Assembly: GCA_015065585.1 (NCBI GenBank)
Contig: SVQC01000003.1
Location: forward strand, 1,363-65,362
Reading direction: 5' to 3'
Length of the DNA: 64,000 nt
Origin: Oscillospiraceae bacterium
GTDB taxonomy: Bacteria; Bacillota; Clostridia; Oscillospirales; Acutalibacteraceae
Shown here: positions 26,510-35,637 of the stretch, piece by piece
How positions within the stretch are numbered: position 1 is the first letter of the stretch
How the letters are laid out: each line of letters opens with the position of its first letter
Notes under the pieces: generated by a model
Databases searched by the model: none
What the model was told of the DNA's origin: nothing
What the model saw: the letters and a program-made list of their open reading frames with translations, nothing else
Program-made: the position numbers and the translations under genes

Positions 26510-28771
26510 TTATTCTTCCGGTACAAAATCCGTTACCGAACTGTCACGGAAATATACTGTAATACTTGTTCCTGTGCTTACCGTCTCCCCTGCTTTAATA
26601 CTTTGGCTGTAAGCTAAAGTATTGGCTGAAGAAAGAGTATTTCCTGAGAATTTAACATTCACGCCCGCGCTCTTGGCGGCAGCATTCACCTCCGTCACCG
26701 TCATACCGATAAAGGACGGAACCGAAGTGGTTTCTGACTGGGCAGATTGCTCATCCGTATAAATTATTACAAGACCGCCGGCATAAAGGGTATCATTAGA
26801 AGCAGGAAGCTGAGATATTACTGTATCTCCATTGCCTACAACCTTATAAATAAGATTAGAATTAGTAATTCTCGTTTTAGCCTCAGCCACACTCTTTCCT
26901 GCAACAGACGGAACGGCAATGGCTCGTTTTGCTAATTCTTCAGCGCTATACTGCGGTTCGAATCCCATATAAGGAAGAATTTCACTAAGTATTGCAGAAG
27001 CGACAGGGGCAGATATCGTACCGCCGTAAATGCTACCTGCAGTAGGCTCGTCAAGAAGTACTAAAATTGCTATTTCAGGGTCATCAATAGGTGCAAGACC
27101 TACGTAAGATGCTACGTAAAGACTACTTTTTTTGGTTTGATTAATCTTATCAATCTTCTGGCTGGTACCTGTTTTACCTCCGGTTTTATAACCTGCTACG
27201 TAAGCATTTTTGGCACCGCCGTTTACAACAGCCTCAAGGCACACACGAAGCTTATCAGAGGTCTCTTTAGATATGACCTGACGTCGATAACCAACCGATT
27301 TATTTTCCTTAACGTTTCCCTCGCTGTCAAGCACCTTGGAAACCACGTGAGGCTGAACAAGATATCCACCGTTAACCGCGGCAGCAGCAGCGCTTATAAG
27401 CTGAACAGGTGTAATTTTAAAGGTCTGACCGAAGGATGCTGAAGCAAGCTCTACGGGTCCCATTGTATCCTTTGAATAATAAATTGAGGTCGTTTCTCCT
27501 GGAATATCAATTCCTGTTTTAGAGGTAAATCCAAAAGCCTCGAAATACTTTGAAAAGGTGGATACACCCATCATCTGTCCTATAGTAATGAAAGCAGGGT
27601 TACAGGAATTACTCATTGAGGTTATAAGCGTCTGCAAACCGTGTCCGGCACGCTTATGACAGTGATAAGGCTGACCCGCAACCTGAGTGTGTCCCACACA
27701 GGAAAAAGAAGAATCTAAAGTAACTGCATTTTCCTCAAGAGCGGCGGCGGCTGTAAAGATTTTAAATACAGAACCGGGCTCATAAGCATCAGAAACAGCT
27801 TTGTTACGCCATTGACGATTACGAAGTTCACTAAGCTTTGCGGCACGCTCATCGCCCTCAAGTGCATCAACTATTTTTTGGTCAGAAGCCGACAAAGTAA
27901 AAGGCTCGTTAGGATTGAAGTCACCCGATACCGCCATAGCAAGTATTTCACCTGTTTTAACATTCATAACCATTGCAACGCCGCGTTCGTTACACTTATT
28001 ATCCTCAACAGCCTGCTTTAACTGTTTTTCGCAAACGTACTGAATATAGTTGTCAATGGTAAGAACAAGTGAATCTCCCTGAGTTGCCTCTTCAACCATT
28101 TCATAAGTGAAAGGCATATCAATACCTTGCGCAGTTTTTGCAGCGACCACACGACCTGGTTCACCCGTAAGTGTAGTATCATAATAACTTTCAATACCAG
28201 CAAGACCTTGGTCGTCGTCACCAACAAAGCCAAGAACTACCGAAGCAAGATTATTATTTGGATAATAACGCTTAGTAGACTCATCAAGACCAATATATTT
28301 TGTTAACTGATATTCTTTATTTGCTGTGATAAATTCACGGACCTTATCAGAAGTTTCTTTATCAACCTTTTTCTTAACGATAACATAGTAAGAGCGTTTG
28401 CCCGTATCCTCATAAACTTCTTCTCGGTCAACACCCAATATCTCTGATAAACCGTCAGCAATTATGTTTCTTACCTTTTCCTGCTTTGCGCTGTCAGAAA
28501 TATTGAAAATTCCGTTAGGAGTAATATAAACCGTCCAGGCAGTCGTACTTGTTGCAAGTACATTCATATTTTTATCGTAAATATTACCTCTTGGTGCGGT
28601 AATAAGACTATCGTATAGCTGTTGCTCCGAAGCCATTCCCTGATACTTCTCACCGCGTACCAGCATAAGCAGAGTAAGTCTGTAGCCAAGCACACTAATG
28701 GTAGTAATAACTACGCAAAGAAGGACAATAAACATTCTTTTAAGCATAATTTTATTAGGTTTACTTTTCAC
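26510..28771 (-). CDS. Class B penicillin-binding protein (PBP2B/SpoVD-like) with C-terminal PASTA domains
   Basis: Has an N-terminal TM, a dimerisation domain and a transpeptidase domain with SVFK (EPGSVFKIF), SCN (SNSCN) and KTGT (KTGTSQK) motifs. The two C-terminal repeats are PASTA-like. Confidence 0.92.
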   Translation of the reverse strand: MKSKPNKIMLKRMFIVLLCVVITTISVLGYRLTLLMLVRGEKYQGMASEQQLYDSLITAPRGNIYDKNMNVLATSTTAWTVYITPNGIFNISDSAKQEKVRNIIADGLSEILGVDREEVYEDTGKRSYYVIVKKKVDKETSDKVREFITANKEYQLTKYIGLDESTKRYYPNNNLASVVLGFVGDDDQGLAGIESYYDTTLTGEPGRVVAAKTAQGIDMPFTYEMVEEATQGDSLVLTIDNYIQYVCEKQLKQAVEDNKCNERGVAMVMNVKTGEILAMAVSGDFNPNEPFTLSASDQKIVDALEGDERAAKLSELRNRQWRNKAVSDAYEPGSVFKIFTAAAALEENAVTLDSSFSCVGHTQVAGQPYHCHKRAGHGLQTLITSMSNSCNPAFITIGQMMGVSTFSKYFEAFGFTSKTGIDIPGETTSIYYSKDTMGPVELASASFGQTFKITPVQLISAAAAAVNGGYLVQPHVVSKVLDSEGNVKENKSVGYRRQVISKETSDKLRVCLEAVVNGGAKNAYVAGYKTGGKTGTSQKIDKINQTKKSSLYVASYVGLAPIDDPEIAILVLLDEPTAGSIYGGTISAPVASAILSEILPYMGFEPQYSAEELAKRAIAVPSVAGKSVAEAKTRITNSNLIYKVVGNGDTVISQLPASNDTLYAGGLVIIYTDEQSAQSETTSVPSFIGMTVTEVNAAAKSAGVNVKFSGNTLSSANTLAYSQSIKAGETVSTGTSITVYFRDSSVTDFVPEE

Positions 28772-28882
28772 TTTACTGCCCTCTTTCTTTCACATTTAAA
28801 ATGCTTGAAAACGAGAGCCGAAAAATATTCAACTCCCGTATCCTTATTTATATTATAGTATTTACTCGGCTATTCCGCATAA

Positions 28883-29356
28883 CTACTCACTTGCCAAAAG
28901 AATTTTTCCGTCAGCGGTCTTAGCCATATTTTTGTCGTTTACACGAACATAAACAACCTGATTTTTATCAAGTTTTCTCATACCGAGTGCTGTCGCTTCA
29001 GCTTCAAGATTTACATAGGAAATACGGTTTTCGTACTCCATCTTCAAAGCAACGCTTTCGCTTTGCTTTGTAGCAAGCTCTGATTTTGCTTTGTTTATGT
29101 TGCTGTTTAATTCGTTTACCTGAATTCTTAAAAATATATTGGTACAAAGTGCTCCAACAATAACAATCGTAGTAAATGCCGAAAAAGCATTCGCTGAAAA
29201 GCGAAGGGCAACAGTCTTAGCCTTTGCCTTTGTCTTTTTCTGCTGACGAGGCATTTTTATAATATTATCATTTGGTGCACTTTGAGGCTTTTCTTTAGGC
29301 ATAAACATCTCAAAGTCGTATGCCAAAGAATTATTATAATACTTTAGATTATTCAT
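28883..29356 (-). CDS. ftsL: Cell division protein FtsL-like (single TM + coiled coil)
   Basis: Position between rsmH and pbp. It has one TM (FSAFTTIVIVGALCTNIFL) followed by a heptad-rich segment. Confidence 0.7.
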   Translation of the reverse strand: MNNLKYYNNSLAYDFEMFMPKEKPQSAPNDNIIKMPRQQKKTKAKAKTVALRFSANAFSAFTTIVIVGALCTNIFLRIQVNELNSNINKAKSELATKQSESVALKMEYENRISYVNLEAEATALGMRKLDKNQVVYVRVNDKNMAKTADGKILLASE

Positions 29357-29368
29357 CTTCCTCGTCCT

Positions 29369-30289
29369 TTACAGTTTTATTATGGTCCTGAGCTTTGCGC
29401 TTCTGCTCCTTTTATTTTCCTTAAGTTCCCTGTCTGACGGAACTACGCCTTTTCTGTTGATAAGCTTACCTCGGGGTTTTTTACCGCACACGCAAACCGG
29501 AAGGTCAGGCGGACAGGTACACCCCTGTGTAAATTCTTTGAATTTTCTCTTTACTATTCCGTCCTCTAAAGAATGAAAAGTAATTATTGCTAAAACTCCG
29601 TCCTTATTCAAAAGTTCAAAGGCGGTATCAAGTGTTTCTTTTAATACATCAAGTTCTCCGTTAACGGCAATTCTCAGCGCTTGAAAAACCTTTCGTGCAG
29701 GATGACCGTCACGCCTTGCCGCCGCAGGTACGCTTGAAGCAATTATTTCGGCAAGCTGAGTAGTAGTTGTTATTTTAGAAACTTCTCTTTGTTTTACAAT
29801 ATCTTTAGCAATTCTGAAAGCGAACTGTTCTTCGCCGTAATCCTTGAATATCCGAGAAAGTTCTTCTGCCGAAAGCTCATTCACCAAATCGGCAGCTGTT
29901 CTTCCCTCTTTGCTCATTCTCATATCAAGAGGCGCGTCTTTATGATAAGAAAAACCGCGACTGCCCTCATCAAGCTGATAGGAAGAAACCCCTAGGTCCA
30001 GCAATATGCCGTCTACCTTTTCTACGCCCTCAGTTCTTAATACTTCCTTTATGTTTTTAAAGTTACTTCTGATAACCTTAGCAGGAAGGTTTGAAAGACG
30101 TTGACTCGCCACCTCTACGGCATCAGGGTCTTGGTCTAAAGAATAAAGAAATCCTGATTTTAGTTTTGATGCAATTTCTTTAGAATGACCGGCGCCGCCT
30201 GCAGTACCATCAACATAAATTCCATTTTCTTTTATATTTAACGCTTCTATTGTTTCACTAAGTAAAACGGAATAATGATTAAATTCCAT
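29369..30289 (-). CDS. rsmH: 16S rRNA (cytosine1402-N4)-methyltransferase
   Basis: HYSVLLSETIEAL..YVDGTAGGAGHS and GILLDLGVSSYQLD motifs. Confidence 0.96.
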   Translation of the reverse strand: MEFNHYSVLLSETIEALNIKENGIYVDGTAGGAGHSKEIASKLKSGFLYSLDQDPDAVEVASQRLSNLPAKVIRSNFKNIKEVLRTEGVEKVDGILLDLGVSSYQLDEGSRGFSYHKDAPLDMRMSKEGRTAADLVNELSAEELSRIFKDYGEEQFAFRIAKDIVKQREVSKITTTTQLAEIIASSVPAAARRDGHPARKVFQALRIAVNGELDVLKETLDTAFELLNKDGVLAIITFHSLEDGIVKRKFKEFTQGCTCPPDLPVCVCGKKPRGKLINRKGVVPSDRELKENKRSRSAKLRTIIKL

Positions 30290-30299
30290 ACCCTACTCC

Positions 30300-30725
30300 T
30301 TAGAAATTCAGTTCTTCCATAATAGAAGCAACAGATTCGGGAGTATACTTTTCGTTTTCTTCTTGCCAGAGCTTTGTGTTCCAGATTTCAAGATTGGTAT
30401 CCATACCGATAATATGAGCCTCGCTGTCTAGACCCGCATATTCTCTTAGTACGGGCGGAATAAGAATTCTGCCCTGTGCATCACATTCTACATTAAAAGC
30501 GCCGTCATAAAGAAATCTTTTTACAACGCTTGATTTTGTGCTTGGAAGTGTGCCGATACTTTCAACCAATTTATTCCATTCATCCATAGAATAAACGCAA
30601 AGACAGCACTTGCCGTATATACCGCGGCAAATAATAAATTCGACGCCGAGTTCATCGCGAAGTTTAGACGGAATGAAAACTCTGCCTTTTTTGTCTATAT
30701 TATGTTGATATCCACCGTATAACAC
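30300..30725 (-). CDS. mraZ: Transcriptional regulator MraZ
   Basis: 141 aa with two SpoVT-AbrB-like repeats (IDKKGRVFIPSKLRDEL and DAQGRILIPPVLREYA). GTG start after AGAGGGG. Confidence 0.93.
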   Translation of the reverse strand: MLYGGYQHNIDKKGRVFIPSKLRDELGVEFIICRGIYGKCCLCVYSMDEWNKLVESIGTLPSTKSSVVKRFLYDGAFNVECDAQGRILIPPVLREYAGLDSEAHIIGMDTNLEIWNTKLWQEENEKYTPESVASIMEELNF

Positions 30726-30747
30726 AGGTTTTCACCCCTCTTTCGTA

Positions 30748-30831
30748 CCACTTTCAAACACTTTTATGTGTTTTTTATCCACTTTAAACCACTTTTACGA
30801 TCATTATAGAGCATTTTTATTCAAAATGCAA
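30748..30831 (-). promoter_or_regulatory. Pmra promoter (TTGCAT-17 bp-TATAAT) with three AAAGTGG(T/A) MraZ-box-like direct repeats
   Basis: Minus strand reads TTGCATtttgaataaaaatgctcTATAAT (-35 at 30826-30831, -10 at 30803-30808). It is followed by AAAGTGGT (30789-30795), AAAGTGGA (30779-30785; 10-nt phasing) and AAAGTGGT (30748-30754). Confidence 0.6.
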
Positions 30832-30860
30832 TAGTTTTTTTTTAAAAATTATAAAAAAAT

Positions 30861-30898
30861 AAAAAAGCTCAGCAGAACATTAATTCTACTGAGCTTTT
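30861..30898 (-). terminator. Intrinsic terminator ending the Leu-T-box operon
   Basis: The minus-strand hairpin AAAAGCTCAGTAGAA-ttaatg-TTCTGCTGAGCTTTT is followed by a TTTTATTTTTTT tail, right after the stop at 30902. Confidence 0.88.
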
Positions 30899-30901
30899 AA
30901 C

Positions 30902-31708
30902 TTAGATTTTAAATATTTTTTTTGCATTCAATCCTAACATTTTTTCCCGTTCTTCATGGGTAAACTCAAGAGATAAAAAGGTTTCCATTTCCCTTTTTGG
31001 AGACCACATAGGATAATCGGTACCAAAAAGAATTCTGTCCGCCCCGTATTTTTTCATAAGGGCATAAATCTCTTCCTTTTGTGTAAATCCGAAACAGGAA
31101 GAACAATCAACATAAAGATTTTTATATTCCGAAAGCTTTTCATAAGCTTCCTGCCACACCGACCAGCCTGCAAGATGAGCACCGATAAAGGTTAAATCCC
31201 TGAAAGTTTTAAGTATAGGTAAAATGCGATTTGGATTAGAATAATCGTAGCGGTAGTCACCGGTATGCATAAGCATTACAAGATTGTTTTCCTCACAAAG
31301 CGCGTATATCTCCATACATCTTTTATTATCGCACTCGAACTGCTGTATATCGGGATGAAGCTTTACACCCTTCAATCCTAGTTCTAAAAGATGTTTTACG
31401 TCGCCTTTTAAATCATCGCTATCAGGATGAAGCGTTCCAAGTCCCGTAAGCTTACCGTTATATTCGGTTACGGTCTTTGCAATAAACTCATTTATGCTTT
31501 TAACCTGATGAGGCGTTGTCGCCACCGATTGCACTATAAAATGGTCAACCCCTGCCTCGCTTCCCTGCGCTATTAAATCAGCCACCGTACCGCTACCCGC
31601 CGCAACTGTGTCATAAAATTTGTCAGTACCGGCAACAGCCTTTTGAGCGATTTTCTCAGGATAAATATGGCAATGAGAATCCACCGCATAAAATTTATTT
31701 TGTACCAT
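30902..31708 (-). CDS. Amidohydrolase_2-type metal-dependent hydrolase/decarboxylase family protein
   Basis: The DSHCHIYP N-terminal HxH motif and TIM-barrel-like pattern fit this family. The likely start is MVQNKFYAVDSHCH at 31708 after GGAGAA. The ORF track extends to 31750. Confidence 0.75.
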   Translation of the reverse strand: MVQNKFYAVDSHCHIYPEKIAQKAVAGTDKFYDTVAAGSGTVADLIAQGSEAGVDHFIVQSVATTPHQVKSINEFIAKTVTEYNGKLTGLGTLHPDSDDLKGDVKHLLELGLKGVKLHPDIQQFECDNKRCMEIYALCEENNLVMLMHTGDYRYDYSNPNRILPILKTFRDLTFIGAHLAGWSVWQEAYEKLSEYKNLYVDCSSCFGFTQKEEIYALMKKYGADRILFGTDYPMWSPKREMETFLSLEFTHEEREKMLGLNAKKIFKI

Positions 31709-31721
31709 TGTTTTCTCCGAA

Positions 31722-34223
31722 TTATTTAAGTCCCAATTTTTCGGCGGCATCTTCTCTCATTTTATATTTGAGAATTTTTCCTGCCGCATTCATAGGAAAT
31801 TTATCCATAAATTCTATATATCTCGGAACCTTATGACGTGCCATATTAGCTGAAATGTAGCCTTTAATTTCTTCCTCGGTCATAGTTTCGCCATCGTTAA
31901 GAATTATACAAGCCATAATTTCCTCGCCATATTGCTTATCAGGTACACCGATAACCTGAACGTCACTTACCTTAGGATTTGTGAATATAAATTCCTCTAT
32001 TTCCTTAGGATAAATATTTTCGCCACCTCTGATAATCATATCCTTAAGACGACCGGTAATGAGATAATTTCCGTCAGGTCTTCTGCAGGCAAGGTCCCCC
32101 GTATGAAGCCAGCCTTCTTTATCTATAGCCGCTTCAGTAGCCTTGGGCATTTTATAGTAGCCCTTCATAATATTATATCCACGGGCAACAAACTCGCCGT
32201 TGACACCATCAGGACAATCCTCTCCTGTTTCAGGGTCAACAATTTTACATTCTACGTTAGCAAAAGCGCTACCAACAGTTTCGGTTCGAACTTCTAAGGA
32301 ATCATACCAACTGCTCATAGTACATCCGGGAGAAGCTTCTGTCTGACCGTAAACAGATACAATTTCTTTCATATTCATAACTTCGGTTGCCTTTTTCATA
32401 AGGTCAGCAGGACAGTTAGAACCTGCCATTATGCCTACACGCATATATGAAAAATCGGTTTTATCAAAATCAGGATGCTGCATCATAGCAATAAACATAG
32501 TTGGTACACCGTTAAAGGCCGTAATATGCTCGTTATGAACACAAGCAAGAGAGGGCTTCGGTGAAAAATATGGCATAGGATACATTGTTGTACCGTGGGT
32601 CATAGATGCAGTCATAGACAGTACCATACCAAAGCAATGGAACATAGGCACCTGAATCATCATTCTGTCAGCGGTAGAAAGGTCCATATGGTCTCCGATA
32701 TACTTACCATTATTTACAACGTTATAATGTGTCAGCATAACACCCTTTGGAAATCCGGTAGTACCCGAAGTATACTGCATATTACAAACATCGTCTTTTT
32801 CAACAGCAGCCGCCAGTCTGTATACCTCTTCTACAGGGGTTTCAGCAGAACGTTCAACAGCCTCCTGCCATGTCATACAGCCTTTTTGTTTAAATCCCAC
32901 AGTAATAACATTACGAAGGAAAGGAAGTTTTTTGCTGTGCAAAGCCTTGCCCGATTTAATAGTTTCAAGTTCGGGGCAAAGTTTAGCAATTATTTCGCCG
33001 TAATCGGTATCCTTGCTTCCCTGAGTCATTATAAGGGTATGGGTATCCGATTGTTTAAGCAAATATTCTGCCTCGTGGATTTTATAAGCGGTGTTTACCG
33101 TAACGAGAACGGCACCGATTTTGGTAGTTGCCCAAAAAGCAATATACCACTGCGGTACATTAGAAGCCCATACGGCAACCTTAGAACCGGCTCTTACACC
33201 CATAGAAACAAGAGCTCTGGCAAAGGTATCCACGTCATCTCTGAACTGACTGTAGGTTCTTGTATAATCAAGCGTTGTATATTTAAAAGCATACTGGTCG
33301 GGAAATTCCTCAACCATTTTATCAAGCACCTGAGGAAAAGTAAGGTCGATAAGTAAATCCTTTTTCCACACAAATTTACCTGTATGACTTTTGTTATAAT
33401 AGAGGGTCGATTCTTTTTTAGAGGTGTCTCCGAACTGCTTCATAAAGTTTACAAACTGAGAGAAAATAATCTCCATATCATCAAGTTCCTCACACCATGA
33501 AGGGTCCCAAATAAGTGAGAAAAAGCCGTCGTAGTTAACACTTCTGAGGGCATTCATCATATCCTTAATAGGCAATTCACCCTCGCCTATGAGACAGTTC
33601 TCGTATGCACCGCCCACATTCTGAGCATCTCTGATATGTACGTGCTTAACATAAGCGCCAAGATTTTTAATAATCTGCTCAGCATCTTCTTTACCTACAA
33701 AAAAAGCTGAATACATATCAAGTGATGCCGCAAGACTATCGCTAGCAAAACGCTCAAGCATATCTCTTAAGAGTTCGGTATTTGAAAAAATACCCGAAGT
33801 TTCGAGAAGTAAGGTTACGTTTAATTCTTCAGCCTTATCAATTACCTTATCGATTATCGAGGCAACGTTCTTTACAGCTTCTTCTTTATCTTCAAAATCA
33901 CCTGCATGAAGACGAACAAAAGGTATTTTAAGCCTTTTAGCAATATCAGCACAAATATTAATTTCTTCTATACACTCATCAAAATCAGCCCTATCACCGA
34001 TATTACAGATAGTGTCTATACAAGGCAATGACAGTTTCTTTTCATAAAGCTTTCTTATGGTAGCGCCGGCTGTATGCTCGTGAAAAGCACCGTTTTTGTC
34101 GGTAAACAAAGGATTTTTTATATTATGAAGTTCAATTCCCTGAAACTTCAAATCTTTTGCAACATCACAAAACTCATCAAAGGATATATTGTGCCATCCT
34201 TTTGTGGAAAAGGAAAATTTCAT
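31722..34223 (-). CDS. Fusion protein: xylose-isomerase-like TIM barrel (AP_endonuc_2) domain + AMP-forming acyl-CoA ligase
   Basis: The N-terminal ~280 aa (GIELHN.., LLLETSG, HVHIRD) resemble sugar-phosphate isomerase/epimerase folds. The C-terminal ~550 aa carry YTSGTTGFPKGVMLTH, YGQTE, GWLHTGD and GRLKDMIIRGGENIYP. The ATG at 34223 lies 2 nt from the upstream stop and follows GAGGAGG. Confidence 0.85.
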   Translation of the reverse strand: MKFSFSTKGWHNISFDEFCDVAKDLKFQGIELHNIKNPLFTDKNGAFHEHTAGATIRKLYEKKLSLPCIDTICNIGDRADFDECIEEINICADIAKRLKIPFVRLHAGDFEDKEEAVKNVASIIDKVIDKAEELNVTLLLETSGIFSNTELLRDMLERFASDSLAASLDMYSAFFVGKEDAEQIIKNLGAYVKHVHIRDAQNVGGAYENCLIGEGELPIKDMMNALRSVNYDGFFSLIWDPSWCEELDDMEIIFSQFVNFMKQFGDTSKKESTLYYNKSHTGKFVWKKDLLIDLTFPQVLDKMVEEFPDQYAFKYTTLDYTRTYSQFRDDVDTFARALVSMGVRAGSKVAVWASNVPQWYIAFWATTKIGAVLVTVNTAYKIHEAEYLLKQSDTHTLIMTQGSKDTDYGEIIAKLCPELETIKSGKALHSKKLPFLRNVITVGFKQKGCMTWQEAVERSAETPVEEVYRLAAAVEKDDVCNMQYTSGTTGFPKGVMLTHYNVVNNGKYIGDHMDLSTADRMMIQVPMFHCFGMVLSMTASMTHGTTMYPMPYFSPKPSLACVHNEHITAFNGVPTMFIAMMQHPDFDKTDFSYMRVGIMAGSNCPADLMKKATEVMNMKEIVSVYGQTEASPGCTMSSWYDSLEVRTETVGSAFANVECKIVDPETGEDCPDGVNGEFVARGYNIMKGYYKMPKATEAAIDKEGWLHTGDLACRRPDGNYLITGRLKDMIIRGGENIYPKEIEEFIFTNPKVSDVQVIGVPDKQYGEEIMACIILNDGETMTEEEIKGYISANMARHKVPRYIEFMDKFPMNAAGKILKYKMREDAAEKLGLK

Positions 34224-34224
34224 A

Positions 34225-35604
34225 TTATGCCTCCTCGTAAACAATCTTGTTTACTGCACTAAGATAAGCGCGTATACTTGCGCCGATAATATCAGTAGAA
34301 ATACCGTTACCAGAATAAAGTTTACCGCCAAAACGAAGCTTAACAAGAGCGCTACCCATAGCCTCTTTACCCTCGGTAACCGATTGAATTTGGAAATCAT
34401 CAAGTTCGAAATGAGAACCGGTAACCTGCTCAATAGCAAGAAATGCCGCATCAATAGGACCGCTACCTATAGAAACACCCTGACAGATCTTTCCGTTCTT
34501 TTCCAGAGCGATTTGAGCGCTGGAAGAAATTATATTACCGGTGTTAACTACATAACTGATAAGTTTATATGTTTCAGGCACTTGTAAAGCAACGCTTGCA
34601 ATAATAGCATCCAGTTCCTTAGAGCCTACGTTCTTTTTCTCTGCAACACGCTTAAATTCATCATAAACCTTACTTTTATCTTCATCACTTAAATCATAGC
34701 CCAGTTTCAATACACTTGCCATAACGGTATTGATATCAGCGTCCTTATCAAGCTCAGCAACCTCTGTATTATCGGAAGCAGAAGCAGCAATTTTACCGAC
34801 TTTAGAGTTATCGCTAATCCATTTAATCTGCTTTATTATGCGATTAAGATTTGTATAATTAATGTTTGACTGAATAGCGAAAGAGTTGCCGCAATTTTTT
34901 ACCATTTCAACAAAAATCTCAAGAGGTACGGCACCGCTGTTCACATTAGTCTTCACTATCGAAACACCATTTCTTACAGCTAAAGTTGCAGAAGCTACAG
35001 CCATACCGTTTTTATTGTCACAAAAAACGCCGGTTTCACAAGGCACTTGCTGACAAATTTTCTTAGCAAAATCAGCAAATTCATCAGGCATCATAGTTTG
35101 GGCAGCGCTGTCATAAAGAGAAATTGCAGTAGCACCCGCTTTAACGGCAGTATTTAAAGCGCTGATAAGAAAATCTTCTTCTCCACGGGTAGCATCAATA
35201 GCGCAGAACTCAACATCTTCTACCTTTTCCTTCGCAAAAGAAATCATCTTTTCAATAAGCAAAAGCATTTTATCAGGCTTTTTATGACAAACATACTCCA
35301 TACCAACGGGAGAAACAGGAAGCTCAACTCTGATGCGCTTATTATTCGCATTAGAAAGAGCGAGAACGGCATTATTGATGCTTTCCTCACTCATACCTGC
35401 GCATACAGACAATATTCCCTTTTTAACAAAGGAAGAAATAGTCTTAACAAGCAGTATGTCGGTTCTTGCATTTTCAATAGTGCCGAGTTCAATAATGTCA
35501 ACGTTAAGATTTTCAAGCTGTCTTGCAATTTCAATTTTCTCCTTAAAACTGTAGTTTCCCTCAACGTGAGCCAGTGTAGTGTCGGCAATTTTGATTTTTC
35601 TCAT
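34225..35604 (-). CDS. 2-isopropylmalate synthase-like protein with degenerate catalytic motifs and intact LeuA-type C-terminal domain
   Basis: It has a DRE-TIM (HMGL-like) N-domain, but TTLAHVEGN stands in place of TTLRDGEQ, and VFCDNKNGMAVASATLAV in place of HxHNDxGxAxAN. The C-terminal segment (GSGPIDAAFLAIEQVTG..ALVKLRFGGKLYSGNGISTDIIGASIRAYLSAVNKI) matches the LeuA regulatory domain. Confidence 0.75.
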   Translation of the reverse strand: MRKIKIADTTLAHVEGNYSFKEKIEIARQLENLNVDIIELGTIENARTDILLVKTISSFVKKGILSVCAGMSEESINNAVLALSNANNKRIRVELPVSPVGMEYVCHKKPDKMLLLIEKMISFAKEKVEDVEFCAIDATRGEEDFLISALNTAVKAGATAISLYDSAAQTMMPDEFADFAKKICQQVPCETGVFCDNKNGMAVASATLAVRNGVSIVKTNVNSGAVPLEIFVEMVKNCGNSFAIQSNINYTNLNRIIKQIKWISDNSKVGKIAASASDNTEVAELDKDADINTVMASVLKLGYDLSDEDKSKVYDEFKRVAEKKNVGSKELDAIIASVALQVPETYKLISYVVNTGNIISSSAQIALEKNGKICQGVSIGSGPIDAAFLAIEQVTGSHFELDDFQIQSVTEGKEAMGSALVKLRFGGKLYSGNGISTDIIGASIRAYLSAVNKIVYEEA

Positions 35605-35637
35605 AAAAACGCTTCCTATTCTAAAAATTTCTTTTAT

